From Lytechinus pictus (taxonomy: Eukaryota), in the NCBI RefSeq assembly GCF_037042905.1, contig NC_087252.1:2730001-2794000 (forward strand): a stretch of DNA of 64,000 nucleotides, read 5' to 3'. Positions 29,490-42,178 of the stretch are shown one piece after another; position 1 is the first letter of the stretch; the number at the start of each line of letters is the position of its first letter. The position numbers and the translations under genes were made by a program. Under the pieces are notes generated by a model, which searched no databases, was not told the origin of the DNA, and was given only the letters and a program-made list of their open reading frames with translations.

Positions 29490-30369
29490 AAGGCGGTGCT
29501 GCACCATCCCGAGTTTGCTCAATCTCGAGATTTTAGCCCGATCGGCCCACTTCGCGATTAATCTCGAGATTCAAGAAACCCCGTCTGCACCATCGCAAGA
29601 AGAGCATTCCTGCTCGAGCGAGGCAACAAGCCCGATATTACGAGCATGCGCACTTTCGGATCTTGGAGTTTCAACGGCCCGCGCTTTTGAATAACTTCCC
29701 GCGATATGCAAGCAATGTACTCCTTTCACTAGCACTTTCGCCGAATTCAACCGGTGTTATGCAACAATCCTCTTAGCTCAGCGAGTGAAGAAGTGTATTC
29801 TTCGTTAAATATGATGGCGGAGTAGGAGGCAACGACAGAGAGAGAGAGAGAGGGAGAGAAGGAGGAAAGAAATGCTATTTGCTCACATTTTGCGAAGGAA
29901 TAAGACAACACTGCTGTCAGTGTTGTTATTGAATATGACCATCGTCGATGAGCGCCTCCCCCTTCGGTCTGGTCTCTCCCAAAATCCATTCACTGGTGGG
30001 ACACCATCGTTGCTTATGAACGCTATTCGCATGTACGTATAAAGTTGACTTTCGCACGTGTTTATGTTTTGACCAAGGCGGAAGTGGAACGCGAATTGCA
30101 CTATGGACTGACGTCATGAATAAATTACCCCGAGTCCAATCTCGAGTGCGTCTGCACCGACGAATTAGCGGGATAATTCGTAAAATAGCGCGCTATTTTG
30201 CAAATAAACCCGAGTTGACTTGGGATTGCAATCTCGAGATTAATCCTACGAACTAGCGCGATAATTGCGTCTGCACCGCCAACTATCTCGAGATTTTTCA
30301 GATCGGGATAATTTGCCGGATCAGAAATAGCGCGCTAATTTGAAAACTCGGGATGGTGCAGACGGCCCT
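29490..30369. mobile_element. ~880-bp non-autonomous TIR element (Harbinger-like) inserted in the foldback right arm
   Basis: CTGCACCATCCCGAGTTT...AAACTCGGGATGGTGCAG termini; it splits GGTGGACAAAATGACCAA, which is intact in the left arm. Confidence 0.88.
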
Positions 30370-30384
30370 AAAATGACCAAGGTA

Positions 30385-33089
30385 GTAAAAATACTTTGGG
30401 GATGCTCAATTTCAAGGGTTCATACACCAGTGTTATGTGTCACAGCACACCCTTGTAATGATTCTGGTAACATTCGAAGTATTATTGGATAAATTATGTT
30501 ATTAGTCATTTTGGGGCCAAAAAGAAGCCAAAATAACCAAAAGATTTTAAATACGGTCAATAAGACTGATTTATTTTTAATAACCATAAAATTCTACACA
30601 AGATAGACCTTAAATGCATTCCCATATTATAAGGGAAGAAAACAATACACACTAAAGACCTCAAATCCCTGCCTATTTGAACAGTTTATTATGCAAAACT
30701 GCGCGAATGGTCAGTAATGTCTAAAGTCCTCAAAATGACCCTCATAGTTCAAAACTAATGGGATAAGTTACATGAGGTCAAAATACTCAGCTTTTGAGAT
30801 GTTCAATTTAAAGAAATAATACACCAATATTTGGTGTCACAGCACACCCTTGTAACGATTCTGGTAACATTCGAAGTATTTTTGGATAAATTAAACTGAT
30901 GTTATTTGTCATTTTGAGGACCATAAGTGGCCAAAATCACCATAAGCTGTTAAATAGGGTCATTTACAGTGATACATTTGGAATCAGCATAAAATTCTAC
31001 ACAAAATGGACCTTTGAATGCATTCCCATTTTATGAGGGAAGAAGATAAAACACGCTGGAGACCTTAAGTTCTTACGTATTTGTACAGTACATGAATGTA
31101 AAACCGCGCTACTGGTCAGTTATGTCTAAAGTGCCCAAAATGGCCCTCATAGGTCAAAACTGTTGGAATAAGTTACATGACGTCAAAATACTCTCATGAT
31201 GTTCAATTTAAAGATATAATAAACCAATGCTTGGTGTCACAGCACACCCTTGCAACGATTCTGGTAACATTCGACATATATTTTGATAAATTGAACTGAT
31301 GTTATTGGTCATTTTGAGGGCCATAAGTGGCCAAAATGACCATAATCTTTTGAATAGGGTCATTAAGAGTGATATATTTGGAATCAGCATAAAATTCTAC
31401 ACAGGATAGACCTTTAAATGCAATCCCATTTAGAAGATACATGCTGAAGACCTCAAATTCCTGTCGATTTGCAGTTTATTATGCAGAATTGCGCGAATGG
31501 TCAGTTATGTCTGAAGTATCCAAGATGACCTTCATAGGTCAAAACCGATGGAATAAGTTACATGAGGTCAAAATAATTTTGAGATCTTCAATTTAAGGAT
31601 TAATACACCAATGTTAACCCTAATTCTCCCGGGGGGGGGCCATAATGGCCCCCCCCCTCGACAATTTTCGCGATATATCCGCTGCGCAAAAAATTTTGAC
31701 CTCGACGCTCACTGACTTTTTACTTTCAAGTCTCGCGCAAATTTTGAGACCAAGTTTGTGATGCCCGGGTACGCGGTTACGACATTACGCAACATTATGT
31801 AAGTGCATGTCAAACCCAAAATTGCTCATAAACGTGATTTCATGTACAAATCCAATGCAAATTGTGTATTTAGCCAAAATTCATAAATGTATCATTATTT
31901 CTACTTTTACTGATTGAATTTAATTGATTTTGCCTTGCATATGATCAGAATTAAGTCTGGAACAATTTCCATTGAAAAAACAATAAAAAACAAAAAAGTA
32001 AAAAAACAAGGAAATACATAAGAAATTCATAAAACAATAAAATACATAAGAAATTGATTTCCAAACCGAAGTTTTTTTTAATTGCGATTGTTAAGAATGC
32101 TACAAAGAATATTTTTACCAAAAATTAGCATTCTAGGAGCTTTATTTAGTGAATTAGAGCAAAAAATATGATTTATGCATAAATTAGCATAATTAATTCA
32201 TATAAAATAAAATCTCATTATTTTGGAAAATTTTACCATACAGCCTTGTAGATTACATCGCACACTACCAGCGTGCAAATTTTTGCGTCGCTCGAGCGAT
32301 CGGCGGCCGAGATCTTAAGGGGGGGCCATAATGGCCCCCCCCGGGAATGACAAGAATCAAAATACCCCGGGAGATTGAGGGTTAAGTGTCACAGCACACC
32401 CTTGTAAAGATTCTGGAAACATTCGAAGAATTTTTGGATAAATTTAACTTGTATTATTGGTCATTTTGAGGGACATAAATGACCAAAATGACCACAAGCT
32501 TTTAAATAGGGTCATTGAGACTGATATATTTGGAATCAGCATAAAATTCTACACAGGATAGATCTTTAAATGCAATCCCATTTAGAGGATACATGCTGAA
32601 GACCTCAAATTCCTGTCGATTTGTACAGTTTATTATGCAGAATTGCGCGAATGGTCAGTTATGTCTAAAGTACCAAAAATGACCTTCATAGGTCAAAACT
32701 GATGGAATAAGTAACATGAGGTCAAAATAGATTTGAGATGTTCAATTTAAGGATTAATACATCAATGTTAGGTGTCACAGCACACCCTTGGAACGATTCT
32801 GGAAAAATTTCGAAGTATTTTTGGATAAATTTAACTTGTATTATTGGTCATTTTGAGGGACATAAATGACCAAAATGACCATAAGCTTTTGAAAAGGGTA
32901 ATCAAGACTGATATATTTGGAATCAGCATAAAATTCTACACAGGATAGACCTTTAAATGCAATCCCATTAAGAAGGTACATGCTGAAGACCTCAAATTCC
33001 TGTCGATTTGCACAGTTTATAATGCATAACTGCGCGAATGGTCAGTTTATGTCTGAAGTACCCAAAATGACCGTCATAGGTCAAAACTG
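30385..33089 (-). repeat. Five ~390-bp tandem units in the foldback right arm (one interrupted)
   Basis: TCATAG(G/T)TCAAAAC at ~30742, 31147, 31532, 32686 and 33074. Confidence 0.9.
31618..32381. mobile_element. Non-autonomous piggyBac-like element
   Basis: TTAA|CCCTAATTCTCCCGGGG...CCCCGGGAGATTGAGGG|TTAA; subterminal GGGGGGCCATAATGGCCCCCC palindromes at both ends. Confidence 0.93.
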
Positions 33090-35652
33090 ACAGAATAAAT
33101 TATATGAGGTTGATTGTTATGATCCAGCGCACATTTTAAAAATAATTGTGGATTACTAAAGACATCCAATCTTTGTTCTGATCAATGTTTGTAACACATT
33201 TCGGACAAAAAAATCATGAAAATTGTCATTTTTGGTCAAAACATGGCCAAAATGACCACTTCTAGTGTGATTTGGAAAATGAAACCACTTTATTTGGAAT
33301 CTGGGTGCATTTTTGCTTAGGAAAGACCCTTTTAATAGGATGTGGTTACAAAAGCATTCTGTTAAGGGACCATTTTCCAAAGAGTGGTCAAATTGGTCAT
33401 TTTTGGTCAATAATTGGCCAAAATGGCTAAAATGTCGTGAGTACGCTCAATAAGACTGACATTTTTGGAATCAGCACACAATTTTACCCAGGATAAGTCT
33501 GTCAAACCTTCCCCACCAAAAATTCTGAATAAAGCCCCCCATCTCCTAGACTACATTCATCTGTCTCTATCATCATGAATGTTCACATTGCCTACAAATT
33601 TATGAAGAGTATAACATTTGAGAGATGCTTCGGTTGTGCGTTTGAACTTAAACTGAGAAAACTGCAACTTGATCATATTTAATATTCACCCACTTTACCT
33701 TTTTATCCTGCAAATTTAAATTTATATCACAAAAAGTGCAGTCTAACCTCACTGAGGGTGTATGCTACTATGACACGATAGGGAGCACTGGCACAATCAT
33801 GACAATGTAGGGGGGGGGGGCAACCTAAAGATGAAGTCATATTTTCTTATCTGTTCTCATTTGAATAATGGTGATAAGAGTTAAACGACCCAGGTCTCTC
33901 TCTTAATTTGATACTTGAATCTCTTCCTTTTCTTCTTCGATACTTACCCCCCCCCCTTATTTTTCAATGCTTGAAGATCATCGAGGAGGGGGTGTCATCC
34001 CTGCCCCCTGTATCACTACCATCCCCCCTGAACTGGTAGACGGTAAGGAGCAATCCCTAATATAGGACAGCGACCTCATAAATATATATACGTGTTATAA
34101 TATCCTGCTAGTATTGTTTCATACATGATGTATGACCTATATTTCATGCATGATTTAGCGAGAAATCTAGAGGGTTCGAGGGGTCTTATTTCGAATACTG
34201 GAATAACACGAATATGCTAGAGTAGAAAAATAAAACAATCACGAGCTATAATACTGATATAAATTATTGCGATTTGAAAATCAAATACTTATCGCGGTTG
34301 TTGTAGTGCCGGAATAAAACACATGCACTTGAAAAAAAATCTGATGTATTGTTGCGTCAATATTTCGGAAGTAAAGTCAGATTTAATATCAACCCAAGTC
34401 CTAAATTGGCTCGATAAAACTGTTCAAGTTGATGGAAGGGCAAAATGATTGTTTCAGAAAGGAGAATTTCAAAGATATGTTCCCTAAGTCATTTTTATTT
34501 TTGGTGTACGACACTTGATTGGCAAAAATTGAACTATTGAAGACCGTGTTCATAAAGGGAAAGACGAGTCATTTTATCATGGTTATTGGTTTGTGAGAAA
34601 CATATTTTCCAAGCCCTCGTTGACTTGAAATTCCGACCTCTTATTAAGTGTATTCTATAAAATGGGGATTTGCGCATCCCCCCCTCTCCGCAAGAAAAAA
34701 AAAATTCCAGACTAAATCGTCAAAAAATCTTAAATCCATGCTCATGGACCCTATTAAATCAAATACTATCACCTCCATGCATAGTCATCCCCCTCCCCAA
34801 CAACATTCGCGTTACCCCATCCTACTGTCAGCCGTTCTATGCCTCCCATATAAAGCCCGAGGCAAGCATATTAGGGTGAACTGAATATGGAAGAAAAATA
34901 CATTATGTTTCAGTTAATTCAATAAGCTTCAAGTTTAGGTACTAGGATGAAGGAAAATCTGAGTGGGTGTAATGTCTCATGTGTCATTCCCCTGGGGCAA
35001 CTGAAAAATGTGGACCAGATTTATTTGAAGAAAAAAAAAGATATAGAATGTGGTAATGTCTTACTTTTTATAAATAGCTAGCTAGCAAATAAATGGGCGT
35101 GACTGTTGCCCCTTCAAAAATCTTGTGTTGACTGAAATTATGCTGAAGTTATTCTCTGTATTTTCAGAGTACTGTTTAATGTGTAGGACTGAATTGTACA
35201 TGTATTACAGATTTTATGGACTTCAGCTACTTGATGGTATATAGACTAAAACAACTTTCATTTTTCTTTTTTCTTAAAGCAAATTTCCAACCACACCACA
35301 CATGGAGAGTTTTGTATCAATTTGGTCTACTATCAGGTGGTCTAATTCGCAGATTGTGTAACACAGCAATGACTATTGGCTATAACCACTTGGCCTACTA
35401 TCATTTTGTTCTAATTACCGTTTGGTTCAACCATAGCTCTATCGTTTAACAGTCAATTGGTGTAATAATCACTTGGTCCACCCCTTATCTTGCACTTTCT
35501 CAAATTAAAATGTGCTCATAGTTCATGAGCTGGACAACGTGGATATGACATGTAATTGGTGGGCGTATATATAAGGCCTATATTCTAAACAGAAATTAGA
35601 TAAAAAATGGTAATGAGCTAAATGGCAAATAGACCAAATTAGTAGTACACGA

Positions 35653-36063
35653 GGTGTATTTTCATTTGGTCCAATGTCAATTCGTCCAACTGCCAACTCG
35701 TCTACTATCATTTGGTCTACCATCAGTTCGTCCAATATCCATATGGTCTAATTGCCATTTCGTCCACTCACTATTTCGTCTAATAAACAGTTGGTCCAAT
35801 TGCCATTTAGTTCATCCATATACCAATTGGTCTAATTAGATTAGGTGTTAATTGGGCAAATTCAATGATAATAAAACGAATATTGGACCAACTGCTTATG
35901 AGACGAAATGGTCATTGACGAACTAGTGATTAAATGAAGTGATGAATGATTGGACCAAATTGTTATTGGACCGAATGTTGATTGACAGAATGGCATTAGA
36001 CTAAATGAAGGTAGACCATGTGGTGAGTGGGCGAGCTGGCAGTTGACGAATTGGCAATTTACC
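35653..36063. mobile_element. Family D MITE copy 2, within an older degenerate relative (~35310-36150)
   Basis: Shares TGCCAACTCGTCTACTATCATTTGGTCTA and ACCATGTGGTGAGTGG with the 22021 copy. Confidence 0.85.
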
Positions 36064-36151
36064 ATACATGAACTAGTCGTGGACAAACAAGGATTAGACC
36101 ATGTGGGATAAGATCTAACTGAAAGCAGACACAGTCGAGAGGGGTAGACCA

Positions 36152-36310
36152 GGGGAGCGTTTCATGAAAGGACTTGTCGGACGTTTTATCCAACAAGTCC
36201 CATTTTATCCGACAGTTACCATAGTAAGAGTACCTCTCAGCCAATCAACATCAGAGAAAGATGTCAGATCTGACAACTTGTCGGATGAATATGTTGATGA
36301 AACACTCCCC
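36152..36310. mobile_element. MITE family E copy 1
   Basis: GGGGAGCGTTTCATGAA...TTGATGAAACACTCCCC; homologous to 41792-41950. Confidence 0.85.
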
Positions 36311-36945
36311 CGGTGCCAATTTACAGAAACGAGCAACAGATCTCAATTTGGATTGGATCATTATCAAAATATTACAAACAGTATGATAAAATGTCGGACT
36401 GATGAAATGGATTTAAAATCAAATGAATAAATATAAAAAAGCTAACGCTCTGAAGAGATTAAGAGTACTGAGTTAGACAATAGTGAATAAGAATATCATA
36501 ATCTTTCATTGCAATCATAAATCATACATCTTTGGGGGATTTCCCATCAAATGTCAGCTAATCGTCAATTTACTTGAAAATGGCACGAATTTCAACGCCT
36601 CCTCCTCTTTCTATCTTTTATAAGATACAAGTTGAGTACCATGAACACTCAAACCAAAGAAAAAAAAGACAACAAAAACAATAATACAACATAAAATACT
36701 AAAACATTAACAATTACAAAATATAGACGCGAACCCGAAAGAGGTACGATGATGGATATAGGGAAATAGTTTGATAAACCAAAGTGCGTTCAAATTATAA
36801 TTTCGGTAACGCGATAAAAAGAAATCCGCTCTGCACTTAAATTTCATCGAAATCGCATGTCTTAGAAGTACAACAAAAATCAAAGTGTAGCGTAATTGTA
36901 CATAAACAGTAATGCACTAAATGTATAATTAAAGTAGATTTTTAC

Positions 36946-37151
36946 TGATTGATTGATTGGTGGGGATTTATTAGCTGATTGCTAAGAAAGCATAAATGCT
37001 ACCATAGGACCGACGGCTTAAGGTCCGCTCCGAAGGACCTGGTAATGAGGATTAATGCCTTACCAAAGGGCACTAGCGCACTAAGTGGGATTTGAACCCC
37101 GGTCACCGGAATACGAATCCCCTGCTCTACCGACTGAGCTATCGCGCCTCC
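36946..37151 (-). mobile_element. tRNA-derived SINE, apparently full length
   Basis: Minus strand: GGAGGCGCGATAGCTCAGTCGGTAGAGC (A box), GGTTCAAATCCC (B box), core GTCCTTCGGAGCGGACCTTAAGCCGTCGGTCC, then AATAAA and a (CAAT)n tail. Confidence 0.85.
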
Positions 37152-38149
37152 ATTAACTCATTTCTTTGTTACGCTGGACATGTCAAATAGGTCGATGATA
37201 AAGATGCCATTGATTGACTTGTCATGATTGTAAATTAAGCTATTCAATAATGGCAATTCCCCATGTTTTATATGAGCATGGCGAGAAGTTAAATCACGTT
37301 TGATAATGACTTATGAAAATATGGGCATAAATACATGTATACAGTTTATAAGGGTAATCTATAAAAAAAAATACGTGGCGTCATTTTGTTCCAAGATTTT
37401 CATAACACCCGGGTAATGCAAATTAATTTTTTGTGAACACATGAAGGAACTAAATTAAACACTGTTAAATGAATATGAAAAGGACAATGCTGCGGGTGTA
37501 CTTGGCCTTTGAAATAATCTGCAGATGGCGAGTTGCACAAATTCTAAGGGCAAGGGCGATTTATTTACACATTGATGATGCAATCATCATGAAATAATAG
37601 ACGTTCCACCGTGAAATCAATTTAGTTATGAAATCGAACCACAGATTATCATGATTATAGAGCGTTTGATTTTCAACATTTTATTTTTCGCAATAAGCAC
37701 TAATCATCTTACTTAGGTTAGATATAAATTGCACATGAGAGGATCAGGTTTGATAATTAATCATCCCTTTTTGAAACAAGAAGATATTTAATCGAATTTT
37801 CGTAGAATCATGTCACTCAAAACATGCCTATGGGAAAGAAAGGCATCGGTATCATAGCTCCCAATGGTTATGATGGTTGTATACATTATCAATGTTCACT
37901 CTTCGAGCATGCATTCATGTGCTTTCAAATCGATTTTTCTTCAAATCCAAAGCGATGGGGTTACTCTTTGTTTTTCAAAATCATGAAATACATTATCGTG
38001 ACTGCAGAACTAAGCCCGGTATATCAATTGACGCTCAGTGCTCATAAAGCGAGCACACCATTCTGTTCTAGTATATTTCATACCCTTTCATTATTAAAAG
38101 TCCCGCCGTTATTTAATTCAAAATACCGTTTCCTTTTCTCCCTCTCCCC

Positions 38150-38267
38150 CTTGATTGATTGATTGATTTTATTCGTCAAGATTATCACAGGAGATTACAA
38201 TGAAATTGAAGAATACCTTGACAGGATAGCCCATGAAAGCAGAAAGGCTTATTTCCAATGGGGTCCT
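38150..38267 (-). mobile_element. LINE 3' terminus remnant
   Basis: Minus strand AGGACCCCATTGGAAATAAGCC...CATGGGCTATCCTG stem-loop, then AATAAA and a (AATC)n tail. Confidence 0.5.
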
Positions 38268-39184
38268 ATAGTTAGTATAAAACATTAACATATTGTAACT
38301 CTTCTTTCCAAAAAAAGAAGGGGATGGGGGCAGAAAAGAGAGAAAAAAGATTTCTCGTTCTCACCAACTGACGTTTAGTCCTGATTGGATTTGATATGTG
38401 GCAGTGCAAGGTTTTTTTTCTAAAGAAAACGTAGCGGGTATGAACACCAAATCCCCTAACCCAGCATCCCAATGCACAGGTTAGGGATTTCAAAGCCAGG
38501 CCCTCTACGTTAGCTTTGTTAGGAAACAGTTTCCACATAATTATATCAACGTTTGTATTCCACCATGTCCACATTCTTCCTGATACTTCCATCCTAAGGC
38601 AACAACTCAAAATGAAATTTATCTAGTTCATGCTGCAACGTAGACAATGTGAAATATTGCTCAATTAAAAACAAAGATTTGCAAAATAACAACGCTAAGT
38701 CGCACATCCAGCTTTCACATGCATGTCTACACCGATTGGACTTTCAAATTACCTGATTACGAAGCCGGTAATTGGCATTTCGTAATCGCTCAACCTGTTT
38801 TTTCTACAAAAGATAATGCTTTGCGAGACAGACGCAGTCAATCACCACTGAACTAAAAATGGAAAGAAATCAGAGGAGGTTCCGTATATTTGTGTAAGGC
38901 ATGATAATGAAAAGCGTATGGCACATAACTCTCAATGAATACAGGCACAGATCATGGGGGTGGAGGACAACCCTCCCCCTTTGAATCAAAATGGGCTGCC
39001 GAACGAACTTGAAGTGGAAGAGTGAAGGGGTGAGGTGGGGTGGGGGGTCGTGGCCCCTATGCAATCATTGCATACCTATCTATTTTGGGGTGGGGGTTGA
39101 AAGTGACCAAGAATGCAGTAATGATCCAACCCACTTTTTGTTTGTTTTCAATACTTTGAGGGGACGGGGTAGATGACCGATGAC

Positions 39185-39320
39185 TTTATTTATTTATTCA
39201 ATTTATTCATTTATTTATTTATTTATTTATCTATTTATTAATTCATTTATTTTATGTATATATTTATTTACTTATTGATTGATTTATTGATTTTTCATCT
39301 ATTTATTTATTCATTTATTT
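39185..39320. repeat. Imperfect (ATTT)n microsatellite
   Basis: Direct reading. Confidence 0.9.
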
Positions 39321-41791
39321 TTGCTTGTCCAAAAATGTGTGCCCTGTAGCCCTCTTCCCATTAAAGTCTTTGATTCTGGAGTAAACCTGTACAAACTAAA
39401 GTAACCATGGGCTGTCAACACATTTATATACAAGATTTCCCAACACATTGTAATGGTAACCATGGTAATGATGATGGATGTTCGCCCACAACTACATCAT
39501 CGAAAAAGCAAGATTAATAATATTTAGAAATTCAAATAACTTGAATAAACTCTATAGGTGTCTGATAGTCATGGTTTAGTTACATCTGGGATAACTTACA
39601 CTACACTTTTATGGAAAGCCAATTGTCAACTTATTTGCCCGTTCAAAATTATTATTATCATGATGCAAAAAGTTGCAAAAATATAATTGAGTCGTGAAAA
39701 GGGAAGAATAGGAGAATTAAAAAATTTTATGATTTTTTTCTTCAATATATTATAATTTCCACGAATTCGGAAAAAATATTATTCAGCCAGCATTCCATAG
39801 AATTGCGTTTGAAAATTCTAGTTTAGACTCGGGCTAAACCTAGGTTTAATTATCAGAATGCCGCCGTAAAACACCATACAGGCATTCAAAGTACATCCAT
39901 ACTAGCCAGGTGATGTCGAATGAGCAATCGAAATCCAGATCCAAGTACCCCCCCCCCATCCCCTCTCCCTCCTCTGTCCACTCACTACCCATCTTTGTCC
40001 TTCTCATCTCTTTGGTCCAATCTACCCTGTGTGTCTTTCAGTCTGAGATTCGCTCTGTCTATATCTACATTTATATCTACACTATCCCCATCAATCACTG
40101 TCACTTTTTCCTTTCGTTTTTATATACCCAAGAGAAAATAAGAAACGAAAAGGCGCATTCATGAAGTCATTTATATTTACCGCAAATATTTATATTTATG
40201 TAACACCCGAGTGCGTATAATCTGCTGAAAGAAAAATATTTCAGCAATAACTAAAATGGAATATTCCTGATAATCAACACTCGAGAAGAAATTCACAACA
40301 AACCTCAAACACCCATCTTCAACAATCGGTCTCTGGTCTTTACGATCAGGGTGTTAACGAGAAGTTTTGGAAATAAAAAGTAAAATCAAATTCAAATTCA
40401 AATTCATTTATTTCACACCGAGATCAAATCAAATCAATCAAAATGATTTAATAGTAATGGAGTAAAATAAATAATGAATATTGTAAAAATTAAGACAAAA
40501 TAAGTTCGTTGAACAGTAAAGCAGGTAGCGATGGATCCAGAAAACCGTTTAAAAATCACAATCCAAAGAATAAAGTGTTATTACTTATTTCGTCACTATG
40601 CAAATTGTTGGAAAGATAAATACCTTGGTTTGAATCAAATAGATGTCAACTTATAAGGGGCCTATCTCTGACTGGAGTTTCACAAGCTGGATGAAATTTA
40701 TTTTTTGTTAATTTTATATTTCGAAGAATGATTGTCGTATCGGAAATCAATACACGCGACGACGAGGGATTCCAATTTGGTGTAAACAGAAAAACAAGCG
40801 TGTGTGCTCATTGGATGCGTTTAATTGGAAATCACGAAGGCGTTCCATTGGGACAGCCATAGAGGTCAAGTGCACTGTCCTGTGAAGAGCCTGTCCCCAA
40901 AGACTAACGGTCATGCGTCTTTTTCAGACGACCGTGCGTGAGCGGCTTGATCAGTGGTAACCTCCGTCACACCACGGAAACTAATTTCAAAGCGACCGAT
41001 GGTAAGCAATTCGCACATATGCAATAGCTTTGATCGGTCTGGAGTCGGTTTCGTTGATGTGACTATAATGAGGGGTAAAACAATGCATTGCATGCTGTGA
41101 ATGATAATCAGTAAGAGCCTTCACCAATTTATCAAAGAGAGTGAGAGAGAGAGCTGTGATAAAAAGTTTCATGCTCCGGTACTTTCTAAATTGAAATTCA
41201 ATCACGACTTGCGCTAATTGGAGTATAAACTCGAGGGATCGCATCTTGTAATCATTGGTGTATGTACATGCACTTTCCTTCCGCCCGACGTAAAAAGACA
41301 GTTGAATTTCAAGAAAAGTTGTTGCTTATTTTTTGTTTTTCTTTCTGATTCACGCACGAATTTTAGGGATGTGGGGAAAGAGGGTGTGCTGTAGGAGAGG
41401 GGAAGAAAACAATGAAAATGTGGTGAGGGGAAAGAAAGAAAGAAGAGAGGGAGAGTGGGAGATGTTGAATGATAATAAAAAGACGTAGCGTGAAGTGCGC
41501 AATTGCACCGCTTTCTATTATTGTGAATTGCATGGATTTGCACAGACCCTCCACTTCAATTGCTGATGAAAACTAATTAATTTCGCTAACACCATCATGT
41601 CCACTGAAAAGAAAGTCTAAATCCTTATTAAATAACGAATGAATAATCTCATGTTGTACAAACAGCAGTGTGTCTGTTACTCCAGCATGATTGCCCAATT
41701 AAATATCTACGCAAGATGTGAATTTAGCGCTCCGATATTTTGCTTTTTAATCTTCGACGAAGTTACACAGCTCATTTAAAAAGCAACAACT

Positions 41792-41950
41792 GTGGAACGT
41801 TTCATGAAAGTACTTGTCAGACGTTTTATCCGACAAGTACTGTTTTATCCGTCTGTTACTATGGTAACAGTGTCTCCCAGCCAATCATAATCACGGAAAG
41901 TTGTCAGACCTGACAACCTGTCGGACGAAAGTGTTGATGAAACGCTCCTC
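41792..41950. mobile_element. MITE family E copy 2
   Basis: GGAACGTTTCATGAA...TTGATGAAACGCTCC; colinear with 36152-36310. Confidence 0.85.
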
Positions 41951-42178
41951 TGATCTGCAAATATTGAAAAAAGGACATCTCTCTTATAACTAAGATTGAA
42001 GCGGAAAGTTGAATCACCTTGAAATGTCGGCCGATAGCTCAATTCAAACGCACGGTTCTCCCGAAGGAAATATATCGATACGGTATTTGGTTCAGGGTAT
42101 CGTCAAAATCCTGAAGGGTTTTGAACAGATATGTCACTTATATCCCTATGTATGCGTATAGTAATCTATCGTCTCTGG

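Larger units (their letters stand above)
26320..33553. mobile_element. Giant foldback (long inverted repeat) element with TAG...CTA termini and no ORF
   Basis: Left arm 26320-28776 is the reverse complement of right arm 29095-33553 once two insertions are removed. Termini are TAGTCTAGGAGATGGGGG / CCCCCCATCTCCTAGACTA; spacer ~28777-29094. Mirror ORFs 26504..26758(+) and 33156..33410(-) translate almost identically. Confidence 0.95.

Noticed and set aside
37075..37151. Functional tRNA gene
   Set aside because: A and B boxes are present but there is no convincing acceptor stem, and it runs into a SINE core and tail.
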